From an uncultured Bacteroidota bacterium (GTDB lineage: Bacteria > Bacteroidota > Ignavibacteria > UBA10030 > UBA6906), in contig CAVOYH010000003.1 of the NCBI GenBank assembly GCA_963700635.1, positions 960,001 through 1,024,000 on the forward strand: a DNA stretch of 64,000 nucleotides, written 5' to 3'. The stretch's first letter is position 1. Each line of letters opens with the position of its first letter. Shown here in pieces: positions 1-9,192 of this stretch. Under the pieces are notes generated by a model that saw only the letters and a list, made by a program, of their open reading frames with translations, was not told the DNA's origin and did not search any database. The position numbers were made by a program, and so were the translations under genes.

Positions 1-1
1 T

Positions 2-697
2 GCCGGTCGTGACGTGCTGATACGCGAAGACCATATCCCGGGCGAACGGATCACCACGGTTGCCATCGGCATCGAAGACGATCCTCCGGCCTTCCGGCAC
101 GAGATGCGCGCACGCAAACGCCAGCAGCTGGGTGTCGACGGGACTGTCACCGTGATCGGCAACGTCGCCCGGCTGGTGCCATTCAAAGGGCACCGGTATC
201 TATTGGAGGCAATTGCACTGGTCGCCCGCAGCGAACCGCGGGTCCTCTTCCCGATTATCGGCGACGGGGAGCTGCTCCAGGAGCTGAAGGCTCAGGCACA
301 GATGCTGGACGTCGAAGGCGTGGTGCGGTTCCTGGGATTCCAGGATCACCTTGAAGAATGGTATCCGGCGTTCGACATCTATACGCACTCTTCTCTTGAG
401 CTGGCCGCGGAGATGTTTCCCATTGCCATTCTCCGGGCGCTCGCGGCAGAGTTGCCGGTGGTCTGCACGAACGTCGGTGGTATTTCGCTGATGGTCGAAG
501 AGGGCCGTTCCGGTTTTCTCGTACCGCCGGAAGATCCGGCCAAACTTGCCGACGCATTGTTGAAGGTGATACACGATCCGGGCCGGCGCACGGCCATGGG
601 CACGGCATCCGCCGAGCTGTTTCGGGGGAAATTCCACGCACGTACAATGGCTGAAAACGTGGAGCGGGTGTATTCCCACGTGCAGGAAAGAGTTTGA
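2..697 (+). CDS. Glycosyltransferase family 4 (GT-B), 5'-partial
   Basis: VIGNVARLVPFKGH, FLGFQD, E-x7-A/LPVVCTNVGG and GFLVPPEDP motifs. Frame is open from the window edge. Confidence 0.9.
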   Translation, partial: AGRDVLIREDHIPGERITTVAIGIEDDPPAFRHEMRARKRQQLGVDGTVTVIGNVARLVPFKGHRYLLEAIALVARSEPRVLFPIIGDGELLQELKAQAQMLDVEGVVRFLGFQDHLEEWYPAFDIYTHSSLELAAEMFPIAILRALAAELPVVCTNVGGISLMVEEGRSGFLVPPEDPAKLADALLKVIHDPGRRTAMGTASAELFRGKFHARTMAENVERVYSHVQERV

Positions 698-698
698 T

Positions 699-1829
699 AT
701 GCAGATCCCGTTCCATATCCCGTATTACGATGAAGATGACGCGCGCGCGGTCGCTGCATCTGTTCGGTCCGGCCGACTTGTCGGTGACGGACCGGCAACG
801 GAACGGGCGTCCGAACTCCTCCGCTCCATGTTCCGGGTTAAGCACGTGCTTTTGACACCATCCTGCACCCATGCTCTTGAGCTGGCCATGATGACCGTTG
901 ACCTCCAGCCGGACGACGAGGTGATCGTGCCGAGCTTTACGTTTGTCTCCAGCACCAATGCGATCCTGCGCCAGCGGGCCCGCCCGGTGTTTGCCGATAT
1001 TTCGCCGGATACCCTGACACTCGAAGCTCCGGAGGTGGAAAAGCGGCGTACCTCACGCACAAAAGCGATTATGCCGATAGTCTACGCGGGAGTCTCACCC
1101 GACCTTGACGTCATCCAGTCACAGGTCTCCGGCACAGGAATTGTGGTCATTGAAGACGCCGCGCAGGGTGTGGCGGCGGCGTATCGTGGACGTCCCGCGG
1201 GGACGACCGGCCAAATCGGGTGCTTCAGCTTTCACGAAACGAAGAATTTTTCTACGGGTGAAGGCGGGGCATTTGTCAGCAATGATGACCGGCTGATACA
1301 GAGAGCCGAGATCATTCGCGAAAAAGGAACCAACCGGAAACAGTTCCTGCTCGGCCTGGTGGACAAGTACACCTGGGTGGAGACCGGCAGCAGTTTTCTA
1401 CCCCCGGATTCAATGGGGGCGCTGTTGATGAGCCAGATAAAAAAACGTGAAATCATTCAGCGGAAAAGAAAGCAGATCCATGAACGGTACACGGATGAAT
1501 TCTCCGGCCTGGCAGAACACGGGGCGCTTGTTCTGCCGACACTTCCCGCGTATGTGACCTCCAACCATCACATTTTCTATGTGTTGATGGAGAACGAAGC
1601 TGTGCGCAACCGTGCACTCGCATTCTTCCGTGAACGGGGTATCGGCACAACCTTTCATTATCTTCCGTTGCATCTTTCTCCCATGGGTCGGCGGTGGGGG
1701 CATGCCGAAGGAGACTTTCCCGTCACAGAGTCCGTCAGTGAACGCCTGTTGCGGCTCCCCATTTATCCGTCACTGGCGGATGATGCCCTCACGTATGTTG
1801 CCACGTCGATGAAGGAATTCTTCGCATGA
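699..1829 (+). CDS. wecE: dTDP-4-amino-4,6-dideoxygalactose transaminase (DegT/DnrJ family, PLP)
   Basis: LLTPSCTHALE, VPSFTFVS, IEDAAQG, SFHETKN(F)STGEGG, REKGTNR and VDKYTWV motifs typical of WecE/RffA. Confidence 0.88.
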   Translation: MQIPFHIPYYDEDDARAVAASVRSGRLVGDGPATERASELLRSMFRVKHVLLTPSCTHALELAMMTVDLQPDDEVIVPSFTFVSSTNAILRQRARPVFADISPDTLTLEAPEVEKRRTSRTKAIMPIVYAGVSPDLDVIQSQVSGTGIVVIEDAAQGVAAAYRGRPAGTTGQIGCFSFHETKNFSTGEGGAFVSNDDRLIQRAEIIREKGTNRKQFLLGLVDKYTWVETGSSFLPPDSMGALLMSQIKKREIIQRKRKQIHERYTDEFSGLAEHGALVLPTLPAYVTSNHHIFYVLMENEAVRNRALAFFRERGIGTTFHYLPLHLSPMGRRWGHAEGDFPVTESVSERLLRLPIYPSLADDALTYVATSMKEFFA

Positions 1830-2497
1830 AACCCGGTGTAATCCAGATGGTTCTGATGGTGTGCGTGGTATTCGGTGGATGTGCGACGGAGCCGTCTCTG
1901 CCTCCCCTGTCAGCGGCAGATAGTCTGCGCATCGTGCAAGAGAACCTGGAGCATCGCGCATCCATGGATGCGTTTTTTGCGCAGGATCCGGGGTCACCGT
2001 TTGTCCGTGATACGACTGTGACGTACACAGGAATAAAGTGGTTTCCGGTTGATCCCCGGTATTGCGTGAGCAGCGTTCTGCACCGTTATCCCGATCCGAA
2101 GACGGTGAAGATTGCGGGAACCAAGGGCGAAATACGTGAACAGCTCCGGTACGGATATTTTGAAGTTGTTGTGCCGGACACAGACGGGAATGCGGGTTCG
2201 CTGCGGTTTCATGTGTACAAATTTACACCCCGTGACTCGCTGCGATACGCGCGGTACCGCAACCATCTGAGCATGTGGTGCACCGACCTGACGACGGGGA
2301 AAGAAACATACCATGTGGGACGATATCTCGAGCTCGGGGAGGAGCATCCGGACCCCGAACACGTCTACAGTCTTGACCTGAACAAATTGTTTAACCCATA
2401 CTGTGCATACAGTGATCTCTACTCCTGCGCAGTTCCCAGCGAAGAGGATCGCCTCCCCATTGCGCTCCACGTCGGCGAAATGAACTATCACGAGTAA
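1826..2497 (+). CDS. DUF1684 family putative lipoprotein
   Basis: Lipobox-like FGGC, then D-T-G-ETY-GRYL and LDLNKLFNPYCAYSD-YSC. ATGA overlap with wecE. Confidence 0.8.
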   Translation: MKPGVIQMVLMVCVVFGGCATEPSLPPLSAADSLRIVQENLEHRASMDAFFAQDPGSPFVRDTTVTYTGIKWFPVDPRYCVSSVLHRYPDPKTVKIAGTKGEIREQLRYGYFEVVVPDTDGNAGSLRFHVYKFTPRDSLRYARYRNHLSMWCTDLTTGKETYHVGRYLELGEEHPDPEHVYSLDLNKLFNPYCAYSDLYSCAVPSEEDRLPIALHVGEMNYHE

Positions 2498-2498
2498 T

Positions 2499-3732
2499 AT
2501 GGACCAGCACAAACTCTACCGGACGATCCAGCTCCTTGCCGAAACACCGTTTCGCACGGAAGACCAGCTCATCAGCCATGTTCTGGACAGCATAGTCAAG
2601 AGCGACCAGATTTCGGTTCGTGGCGGGCGGATCTGGAAGCTTGAAACCATTACCGGGTCGTACCGCCTGATCCACCAGAGCGGAGATATGGCCGTCATTG
2701 ATAAAAATTTCAGAATCCGGGTCCAGGATTACCCGCTCTTCCAGCAGCTGTCAAAAAAAGGGACGATTATCGGCAAGGAAACAAATCCGTATCTTGCCGA
2801 GAAAGGAATCAAAAGGTTCTCGGCCACGGGTGTAGGTGAAAAGATCCAGATCAAAAATATCACGCTGTACCAGTATGTTATCGGCATTACTGCGGCGTTT
2901 ATGAAGCAGGAAATGAAATTTGCGCTGAACATCATCAGTACCGCGCTCACCTCCGTTCTGAAAAACCGAAAAGCTGAAACCAAAGCGCGGCAACTCGAGG
3001 CGGACCTGGATAAGGCCCGGGACATTCAGAAGAGCATCCTTCCTGCACATGAACTCCGCTTTCACAACTATGATCTTTACGGCGTCTCCCTCCCTGACAG
3101 AGTTGTTGGAGGAGATTTTTTTGACTATCTGCAGGCTACGGGGGATAAAGAGCGCCTTGGTATCGTCATCGGGGATGCGGCAAGCAAAGGAATGTCGGCG
3201 GCTTCTCAGGCCCTGTATGTTTCAGGCGCGCTCCGGATGAGTGTGGAATATCAGATTAAGGTCGGCTCGCTGGTGACACGCCTGAATGCACTTGTCAACC
3301 GCGTGTTTACTCCTGAACACTTTATCTCCATGGTGTATGCAGAATTAAATGCATCCGACAGGGGATTGGTGATCTACGTGAACGCAGGGCACAGCGCCCC
3401 TCTCGTTCTGCGCGCAGGTACTGATGATATAGAGCGCCTTCCTGCAACGGGACAACTCATCGGACCATTCCCGCGCGAGATCTACCATTCGGACTTTACG
3501 ATTCTCAACCGCGGAGATATCATGCTGCTCTACACCGATGGAATCGTGGAAGCCTCGACAGAAAGGGGGGACATGTACGGGGAAGGCACGGCTGATCCGT
3601 GCGCTGAAACAGCATCGTAAACGGACACCCCGGGAATTGTGCGCTCTGATTCTGGAGGAAGTCCAGATCTTCAGCAAAATGGGAGATTACTCGGACGACA
3701 AAACCCTGGTCGTGATCAAACGATCGCGGTAA
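2499..3732 (+). CDS. SpoIIE/RsbU-type PP2C phosphatase, frameshifted near 3585 (extra G)
   Basis: ARDIQKSILP, VGGDFFD, IGDAASKG, YVNAGH and LYTDGIVEA in ORF 2499..3620. The C-terminal RLIRAL...DDKTLVVIKR is in the next frame (ends 3732). Removing one G at 3585/3586 restores MYGEARLIR. Confidence 0.85.
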
Positions 3733-3753
3733 GGGTCTATCGGTTGTCGGTTC

Positions 3754-5220
3754 CTATTTTGTCAGGATCAATGATCTGGTCATACTCCCTCTTACCGTCT
3801 GCAACCGGTAATAATACACGCCACTTGACTCCCCCCCCGCAACAAACGTAACAGTATGACGACCCGCAGGTTTGGCCCCGTTGACGAGGAGAGCGACCTC
3901 GCGTCCAAGCATGTCAAAAACGGAAAGGCGCACCCTTCCCGGATCCGGGATTCCGAATACAATCGTCGTGGAAGGATTAAACGGATTGGGATAGTTCTGT
4001 TCCAGGACATCCCTCACCGGATGTAGTGCCGGAGGAGATTCCGCTCCGGTCGTTGCGGATCCCGAAAAGCGGTAGATGGCTGTTGGAACATCGCGGTTGT
4101 AGGAGAGAATATACAGCTCATGTTCCCTATCCATGCCAAATCCCGAGATAGCATACGGTGTGTCGATGAGCAGGGAATCAGCCACGACTACTCCGCCCGC
4201 GCGCCGGAGGAGCCAGATTCTTCCTGAACCGTAATCTGCGTAGATATATGCCCCTGCGAATTCCGGCCTTCGGGGCCCCCGGTAGATGTACCCTCCGGTG
4301 ACGGAATACCCAAGGGAGCGGTTGTAGTCCTTCACGGGGAAGATCAAACCCGCGGTCGTGCATCCCGTTGTGGGTGGGCGGCAAATGGCGCCCTCCATGA
4401 TCTTCCATCCGTAGTTCCCCCCTTTTTCCACGAGATCAATCTCCTCGCGCGCACCCTGCCCCACATCACCAGCCCAGAGTTCGCCTGTTGGGGCATCGAT
4501 GCTGAAGCGCCAGGGATTACGAAACCCGTAGGCCCAGATTTCCTCCCGGAACCCTTCAGTGTTGTTGATATACGGGTTATCGCCCGGGATCGTGTATCGT
4601 CGTTGCGCAGTGCTGTCGCGAATGTTGATACGGAGGATCTTGCCAAGCAGTGATGTGCGGTTCTGCGCCACATTGCCGGGATCGTTGCCATCACCCCCGT
4701 CGCCAAGCCCGATGTAAAGATATCCATCTGGTCCGAACGCGATCATGCCCCCGTTATGATTGCTGTAGGGTTGCTCTACCTCCAGAATACGAATTTCGCT
4801 CGACGGCAGGGCCATGTCGGGAGTCCCGGGGCCGACGGTGTATCGTGCTATCACCGTGCGACAGACAGAGGGTGGCGATGTGGGAGACGTATAGCTGACG
4901 AAGAATAACCCGTTGACTGCGAAGTCGGGATGAAAGGCGAGCCCGAGCAGTCCCTCCTCCCCGCCCGGAGAACTCAGCCGGAAGCCGATATCCAGGTACA
5001 CAGAAGATGTTGTTACAGCGGAGTCGTTGGAGAATACACGAATGATGCCGTTCTGTTGAACGACAAAGACACGGTTGGTGCCGTCGGGCGCAGCGGCCAG
5101 AAGCACCGGCCTGGTGAACGTAAGATTGGGATAGGCATTCACGAGGGAGACGGGCTGGGAGTGGATTGGTGTGGACACACAGAGCAGCAGGGCTCCGGCA
5201 AACAGTAAGGTCCGTCTCAT
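3754..5220 (-). CDS. PQQ-dependent sugar (glucose/sorbosone) dehydrogenase-like beta-propeller with T9SS C-terminal domain
   Basis: EEGLLGLAFHPDF, NHNGGMIAFGPDGYLYIGLGDGG and WAYGFRNPWRFS motifs. Signal peptide from MRRTLL (ATG 5220). C-terminal LEQNYPNPFNPSTTI. Confidence 0.88.
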   Translation of the reverse strand: MRRTLLFAGALLLCVSTPIHSQPVSLVNAYPNLTFTRPVLLAAAPDGTNRVFVVQQNGIIRVFSNDSAVTTSSVYLDIGFRLSSPGGEEGLLGLAFHPDFAVNGLFFVSYTSPTSPPSVCRTVIARYTVGPGTPDMALPSSEIRILEVEQPYSNHNGGMIAFGPDGYLYIGLGDGGDGNDPGNVAQNRTSLLGKILRINIRDSTAQRRYTIPGDNPYINNTEGFREEIWAYGFRNPWRFSIDAPTGELWAGDVGQGAREEIDLVEKGGNYGWKIMEGAICRPPTTGCTTAGLIFPVKDYNRSLGYSVTGGYIYRGPRRPEFAGAYIYADYGSGRIWLLRRAGGVVVADSLLIDTPYAISGFGMDREHELYILSYNRDVPTAIYRFSGSATTGAESPPALHPVRDVLEQNYPNPFNPSTTIVFGIPDPGRVRLSVFDMLGREVALLVNGAKPAGRHTVTFVAGGESSGVYYYRLQTVRGSMTRSLILTK

Positions 5221-5365
5221 ACAGTACCCTCGCGTATGGAAGAGAACAGGGACGCACACAGCAGTGATGCCGCTGAAGGGACAGTACGGAAAAAGGGACC
5301 GACATGCAACCGTCTTGGGAGGGAGGGCCGGGGGGCGTTTGCGGGAAGATCGCCTGGAGGCGTGA

Positions 5366-7309
5366 TTACCGCGCGATGATCATCTTCTTTGTTTCGAAGA
5401 TTCCCGGCGCCTGGAGCCGGTAGAAGTAGATGCCGCTGGGAATATCAAACTTCTGGAATGAAATCTCGTAGGTTCCCTCCTGCTGATTCCCTTCGTACAC
5501 CCGCGTGATCTCCTGCCCGAGAAGATTAAAGACGGAAAGCCGCACGTACCCTGCCCGCTGGATGGTGTAGCTGATGCGAGTGGAGGGATTAAAGGGATTG
5601 GGGAAATTCTGTTCAAGCGCCGGCGCATCCGGAGTTTCCCTCTCCACCCTCAGAACCGGAGGGGGCAGATAGGAGACCGTGATCTTTCCCGATGCGGGTT
5701 CACCCATTGTGGAAAGTCTGCCATCATTCGCAATCACTCTCCAGTGGTACACCTGGCTGAGTCGCGGGAGAATGATCTCCATCGAGTCGGCATCCTCCGC
5801 GGCGAATATACGCAGAGCGTCACTGTCGAATGCCGCACTCGTGTCCATTTCGAGAACATACTGTAGCGTATCGCCGTCAGGATCGAACGAGCGTTCCCAG
5901 CGCAGGGTGACTTCGGGATCGCCGCCGGAGAAGCTCAAGACCTCTATGGCGGACGTCCCTGCAAGGCGAAAACGCGCCGGAGGATCGTTCACATTAATCA
6001 CCGAAACGGTGTGAGTCTGGGTGACCGTTCCCGCACCGTTACGCGCCTCGAGCACGAACGTCTGTTCCTGCTGAAGCGCCTGGACATTCGTCGGCGTCCA
6101 TTCCACAAAACCGTTTTGAGGATTACAGGTCATCCCCTCGGGTCCCTCGAGCAGACGGACCTCTGGCGGCGTGCCGGTGAATTCCGGGGCGTAGGTATAT
6201 GCGATTCCCTGCACTGCGTCAGCCCGGGGCTGTCCGATGAACGCCGGTGCCACGGGTGAGATCCTCAGGATCTTGCTCGACAGGTACGGTCCATTGGTGA
6301 GATACACCGCTCCATCCGGTCCCACCTGGAGGTCTGCAAAGCCCGATGGATAGCTGAAAAACCTTTCAGCGAGAAGGGAATCCCCATCTTCCGAAAACGT
6401 CGCGCGCCAGACATGAGGAAATGCGTTACCGGTGAACAGGAGAGAGCCGCGCAAATGGGGGAAACCATCACCCCGGTATACGGCCAACCCGGTGAGCAAC
6501 GGCTGACGTCCCTCGGGAAACATGAGGAGCGCACGTGCTGTCGCAGGGGGTTCTGTCCTGTCGATAAACGGCCACCCGAGGTTATCACCTTTGCGCACAC
6601 GGTATACCGCGTTGCCCGCTTCGGTTCCCCCGTCGGTACAGTACAGATCCCCGTTTTTGGGGTCGAAAGTCATCCCCTGCGGTTGACGGATCCCCCAGGC
6701 CCAGAACGGACGGACGGGGGATGGATTGTCGGGCGGAATCGAACCATCGGCATTGATACGCAGAATCTTGCCCCAGACGAAACGGCGCTGGGATGTGTCC
6801 TGAACAAGTAATTTCTGCGTAAGATGATCGCCGACGCCAACATACAGTTTTTCGTCCGGACCGAAAGCCAGGACACCGCCATTGTTCACCGTTGCGTCGG
6901 TCATGCGGGGGATTATCAGGATCTGTGCTGGACGAATACCGACGCCTGCGGAATCGGTGTACCGTTCAACGATACCAAGTCGGTCCGCCGTGCGAACATA
7001 ATAGACGAACACGTAGGGGAGATCGGGGTATGCCGGATGGACGGCGATTCCAAGAAGTCCCTGTTCGCCTTCATTCTCGACAGGGACCGTCACAAACGGC
7101 TCGGGCCGCAAGGTCCGGTCGTACAGCCGCACCCGTCCGCTGTTCTTCTCGGTAAAAAAGAACGCACCGTCACTGTGAGGTATGAAGGCCAGACTCACCG
7201 GATACTGTGCGAAAGGGGCTCGCGCGAGCGTATCAACACGGTACGACTGTGCCGCCAGAGGCGTGACCAGACAGAACAAGGCTACAAGTGGTATCCACCG
7301 GAGTATCAA
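5366..7309 (-). CDS. Glucose/sorbosone dehydrogenase-like propeller + Ig-like domains + T9SS C-terminal domain
   Basis: EQGLLGIAVHP, NNGGVLAFGPD, GKILRINADGSIPPDNP. Ig/cadherin-like segment (GPEGMT..WTPT..VINVNDPP). LEQNFPNPFNPST tail. Confidence 0.8.
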   Translation of the reverse strand: MILRWIPLVALFCLVTPLAAQSYRVDTLARAPFAQYPVSLAFIPHSDGAFFFTEKNSGRVRLYDRTLRPEPFVTVPVENEGEQGLLGIAVHPAYPDLPYVFVYYVRTADRLGIVERYTDSAGVGIRPAQILIIPRMTDATVNNGGVLAFGPDEKLYVGVGDHLTQKLLVQDTSQRRFVWGKILRINADGSIPPDNPSPVRPFWAWGIRQPQGMTFDPKNGDLYCTDGGTEAGNAVYRVRKGDNLGWPFIDRTEPPATARALLMFPEGRQPLLTGLAVYRGDGFPHLRGSLLFTGNAFPHVWRATFSEDGDSLLAERFFSYPSGFADLQVGPDGAVYLTNGPYLSSKILRISPVAPAFIGQPRADAVQGIAYTYAPEFTGTPPEVRLLEGPEGMTCNPQNGFVEWTPTNVQALQQEQTFVLEARNGAGTVTQTHTVSVINVNDPPARFRLAGTSAIEVLSFSGGDPEVTLRWERSFDPDGDTLQYVLEMDTSAAFDSDALRIFAAEDADSMEIILPRLSQVYHWRVIANDGRLSTMGEPASGKITVSYLPPPVLRVERETPDAPALEQNFPNPFNPSTRISYTIQRAGYVRLSVFNLLGQEITRVYEGNQQEGTYEISFQKFDIPSGIYFYRLQAPGIFETKKMIIAR

Positions 7310-7353
7310 CGGTTCAATAGTTTCCTTTCCTTGTTGAGTTCATTCCGCGGCGA

Positions 7354-8436
7354 CTACTTCTTATACAGATACGCAAGCGGCACATGACGCGCTTCTGTGC
7401 CGTTGTGAACCGAGAATTTACCCCCGCTGTATATTCGTGCACCGCCGTACTCTCCCCGGGCGTTCAAGGCATAAAACTCCACCTCAAAGCGGGGGCGGCC
7501 GTTGTCATCCTGCAGACGGCGCATTCGTGTATGGTCCACAATACTCTGCACCACATCCAGACATGCTTGTTCGGGCGACTTGCCCGCGGACATCCGCTCG
7601 ACGATCATTCTGCAGCTGCAGTTTGCAAGGTTGGCCTCTCCGCGTCCGGTGGAACCCGCCGATCCTACGGCGTTATCCGCATAAAGTCCGGCACCAACAA
7701 TGGGGGAGTCACCCACGCGTCCGGGGATCTTGAATGCCAGACCGCTGGTTGTGGTAACACACGAGAGGTTGCCATGCAGGTCGAGACCGCCGCAATGAAT
7801 TGTACCGGTGTGGCGGAAAAAGGCGCCGAAGGAGTTGCGCAACAGGGGATCGACGTTTTCGCCGATGTCTCTGTCATCCATCGTATGCGGAGGCAACCAG
7901 TCATCACGATTGGACAAGTTCTCTTTCCAGTTGAGCCATGCCAGGCGTGCTTTATCGGTGAGCAGATCTTCTTCTTTAAATCCGTGAGCACGCGCAAAAC
8001 GCAGCGCTCCATCACCGACGAGGAGAACATGGTCAGTCCGTTCCATCACGGTGAGTGCAACCCGCGACGGATTCTTGATATTTCGAAGAGACGCAACGGC
8101 ACCGGCGCGGTGTGTGGGGCCATGCATAACTGCCGCATCCAGCTCCACAACGCCTTCTTCATTCGGCAGGCCTCCATATCCCACAGAAGTGTCATTGGGG
8201 TCGTCTTCAACGATATTCACGCCGGCGACAACGGCTTCCAGGGCGTCAGAACCCCCGCGGATAAGTTCCATGGCGCGGGTGACGGCGCGTAGCCCGTTGG
8301 CGCTTGATACAACGACAGGTTGAGGTACCTGAAGGGGATGGGCTGCGGTTGATGCTTGAGACAGAACCTGTGACAGTGCTGCACCGGTTCCCAGCGTCGC
8401 CGCATTCTGGAGAAAAGTCCGTCTGTTGATTGGCAT
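7354..8436 (-). CDS. N(4)-(beta-N-acetylglucosaminyl)-L-asparaginase (Ntn hydrolase), Tat-exported
   Basis: SVGYGGLPN, LDAAVMHG, GTI cleavage site, TTTSGLAFKIPGRVGDSPIVGAG and TGRGE. Start placed at MPINRRTFL (twin-arginine signal), ATG 8436. Confidence 0.88.
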   Translation of the reverse strand: MPINRRTFLQNAATLGTGAALSQVLSQASTAAHPLQVPQPVVVSSANGLRAVTRAMELIRGGSDALEAVVAGVNIVEDDPNDTSVGYGGLPNEEGVVELDAAVMHGPTHRAGAVASLRNIKNPSRVALTVMERTDHVLLVGDGALRFARAHGFKEEDLLTDKARLAWLNWKENLSNRDDWLPPHTMDDRDIGENVDPLLRNSFGAFFRHTGTIHCGGLDLHGNLSCVTTTSGLAFKIPGRVGDSPIVGAGLYADNAVGSAGSTGRGEANLANCSCRMIVERMSAGKSPEQACLDVVQSIVDHTRMRRLQDDNGRPRFEVEFYALNARGEYGGARIYSGGKFSVHNGTEARHVPLAYLYKK

Positions 8437-8557
8437 AGTCAAACCCGTGCGTGTGGAGGAGGCACAATCCCCATACTCTGTAAAATAGTAATTCCATACG
8501 TGACCCGCAATGTCCCGGGATACCCGTAGCACCTCCGGAACGAAGAGGACGACCTCC

Positions 8558-8586
8558 TTGATCGGGAAAAAGACCCGCAGTATATT
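8558..8586 (+). promoter_or_regulatory. sigma70-type promoter of rluE (TTGATC-N17-TATATT), probably leaderless
   Basis: -35 at 8558-8563, -10 at 8581-8586, with 6 nt between the -10 and the ATG at 8593. Confidence 0.6.
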
Positions 8587-8592
8587 CTTGAC

Positions 8593-9192
8593 ATGAAAAG
8601 ATCTCCCGAGAAGACCTGCATACTCTTCTACAAACCGTATGGCGTTGTGTCCCGATTCACCCCTGAGGGGGTCTGGCTGTCTCTCAAGACCTTTGGTCCC
8701 TTTCCCCGGGACGTCTATCCGGTGGGGCGACTGGATGCCGACAGCGAGGGGCTTCTCTTTCTGACGGATGATACGGAGGTAAAACGGCGTCTGACGCACC
8801 CCTCGTACGGGCACCCGAAAACCTATGTCGTTCAGGTGGACCGGATCCCTTCGGAAGAGGCGTTGGAGCAATTACGGGGCGGCGTGGTCATCGAAAGCCG
8901 GAAAACGCGTTCTGCTGAAGTGCGCCTTCTGGCCCATGAACCCGTGTTTCCTCCACGTCCCGTGCCCGTCCGGTATCGGAAAACTGTACCTACGGCCTGG
9001 CTGGAAATTGTTCTGCGCGAGGGGAGGAACAGGCAGGTGCGCAAGATGACCGCAGCCGTGGGTCATCCGACACTGCGGCTTGTGCGCACACGAATCGGTG
9101 AGTTTACTCTGGATGGACTTGAACCGGGACAGCACCGGGAGCTGTCCCGCGAGGAATTCGAGCGACTTCGCGTCTGGCTGAGTGGTGCTTAG
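8593..9192 (+). CDS. rluE: 23S rRNA pseudouridine synthase, RsuA family (RluE-like, no S4 domain)
   Basis: FYKPYGV, VGRLDADSEGLL, and PVRYRKTVPTAWLEIVLREGRNRQVRKMTAAVGHPTLRLVR, which matches the RluE C-terminal signature. Confidence 0.85.
   Translation: MKRSPEKTCILFYKPYGVVSRFTPEGVWLSLKTFGPFPRDVYPVGRLDADSEGLLFLTDDTEVKRRLTHPSYGHPKTYVVQVDRIPSEEALEQLRGGVVIESRKTRSAEVRLLAHEPVFPPRPVPVRYRKTVPTAWLEIVLREGRNRQVRKMTAAVGHPTLRLVRTRIGEFTLDGLEPGQHRELSREEFERLRVWLSGA

Noticed and set aside
3561-3570. Programmed frameshift or phase variation at the GAAAGGGGGG tract in the PP2C gene
   Set aside because: The conserved MYGE sequence downstream of the tract is still in the original frame, so the shift lies at 3585, not in the G-run.
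8437-8871. 145-aa N-terminal extension of the glycosylasparaginase ORF
   Set aside because: Overlaps rluE on the opposite strand. The Tat signal marks the real start at 8436. Similar over-extensions were trimmed at 5259, 11243, 19020, 24400, 37809, 42820, 52031 and 63885.
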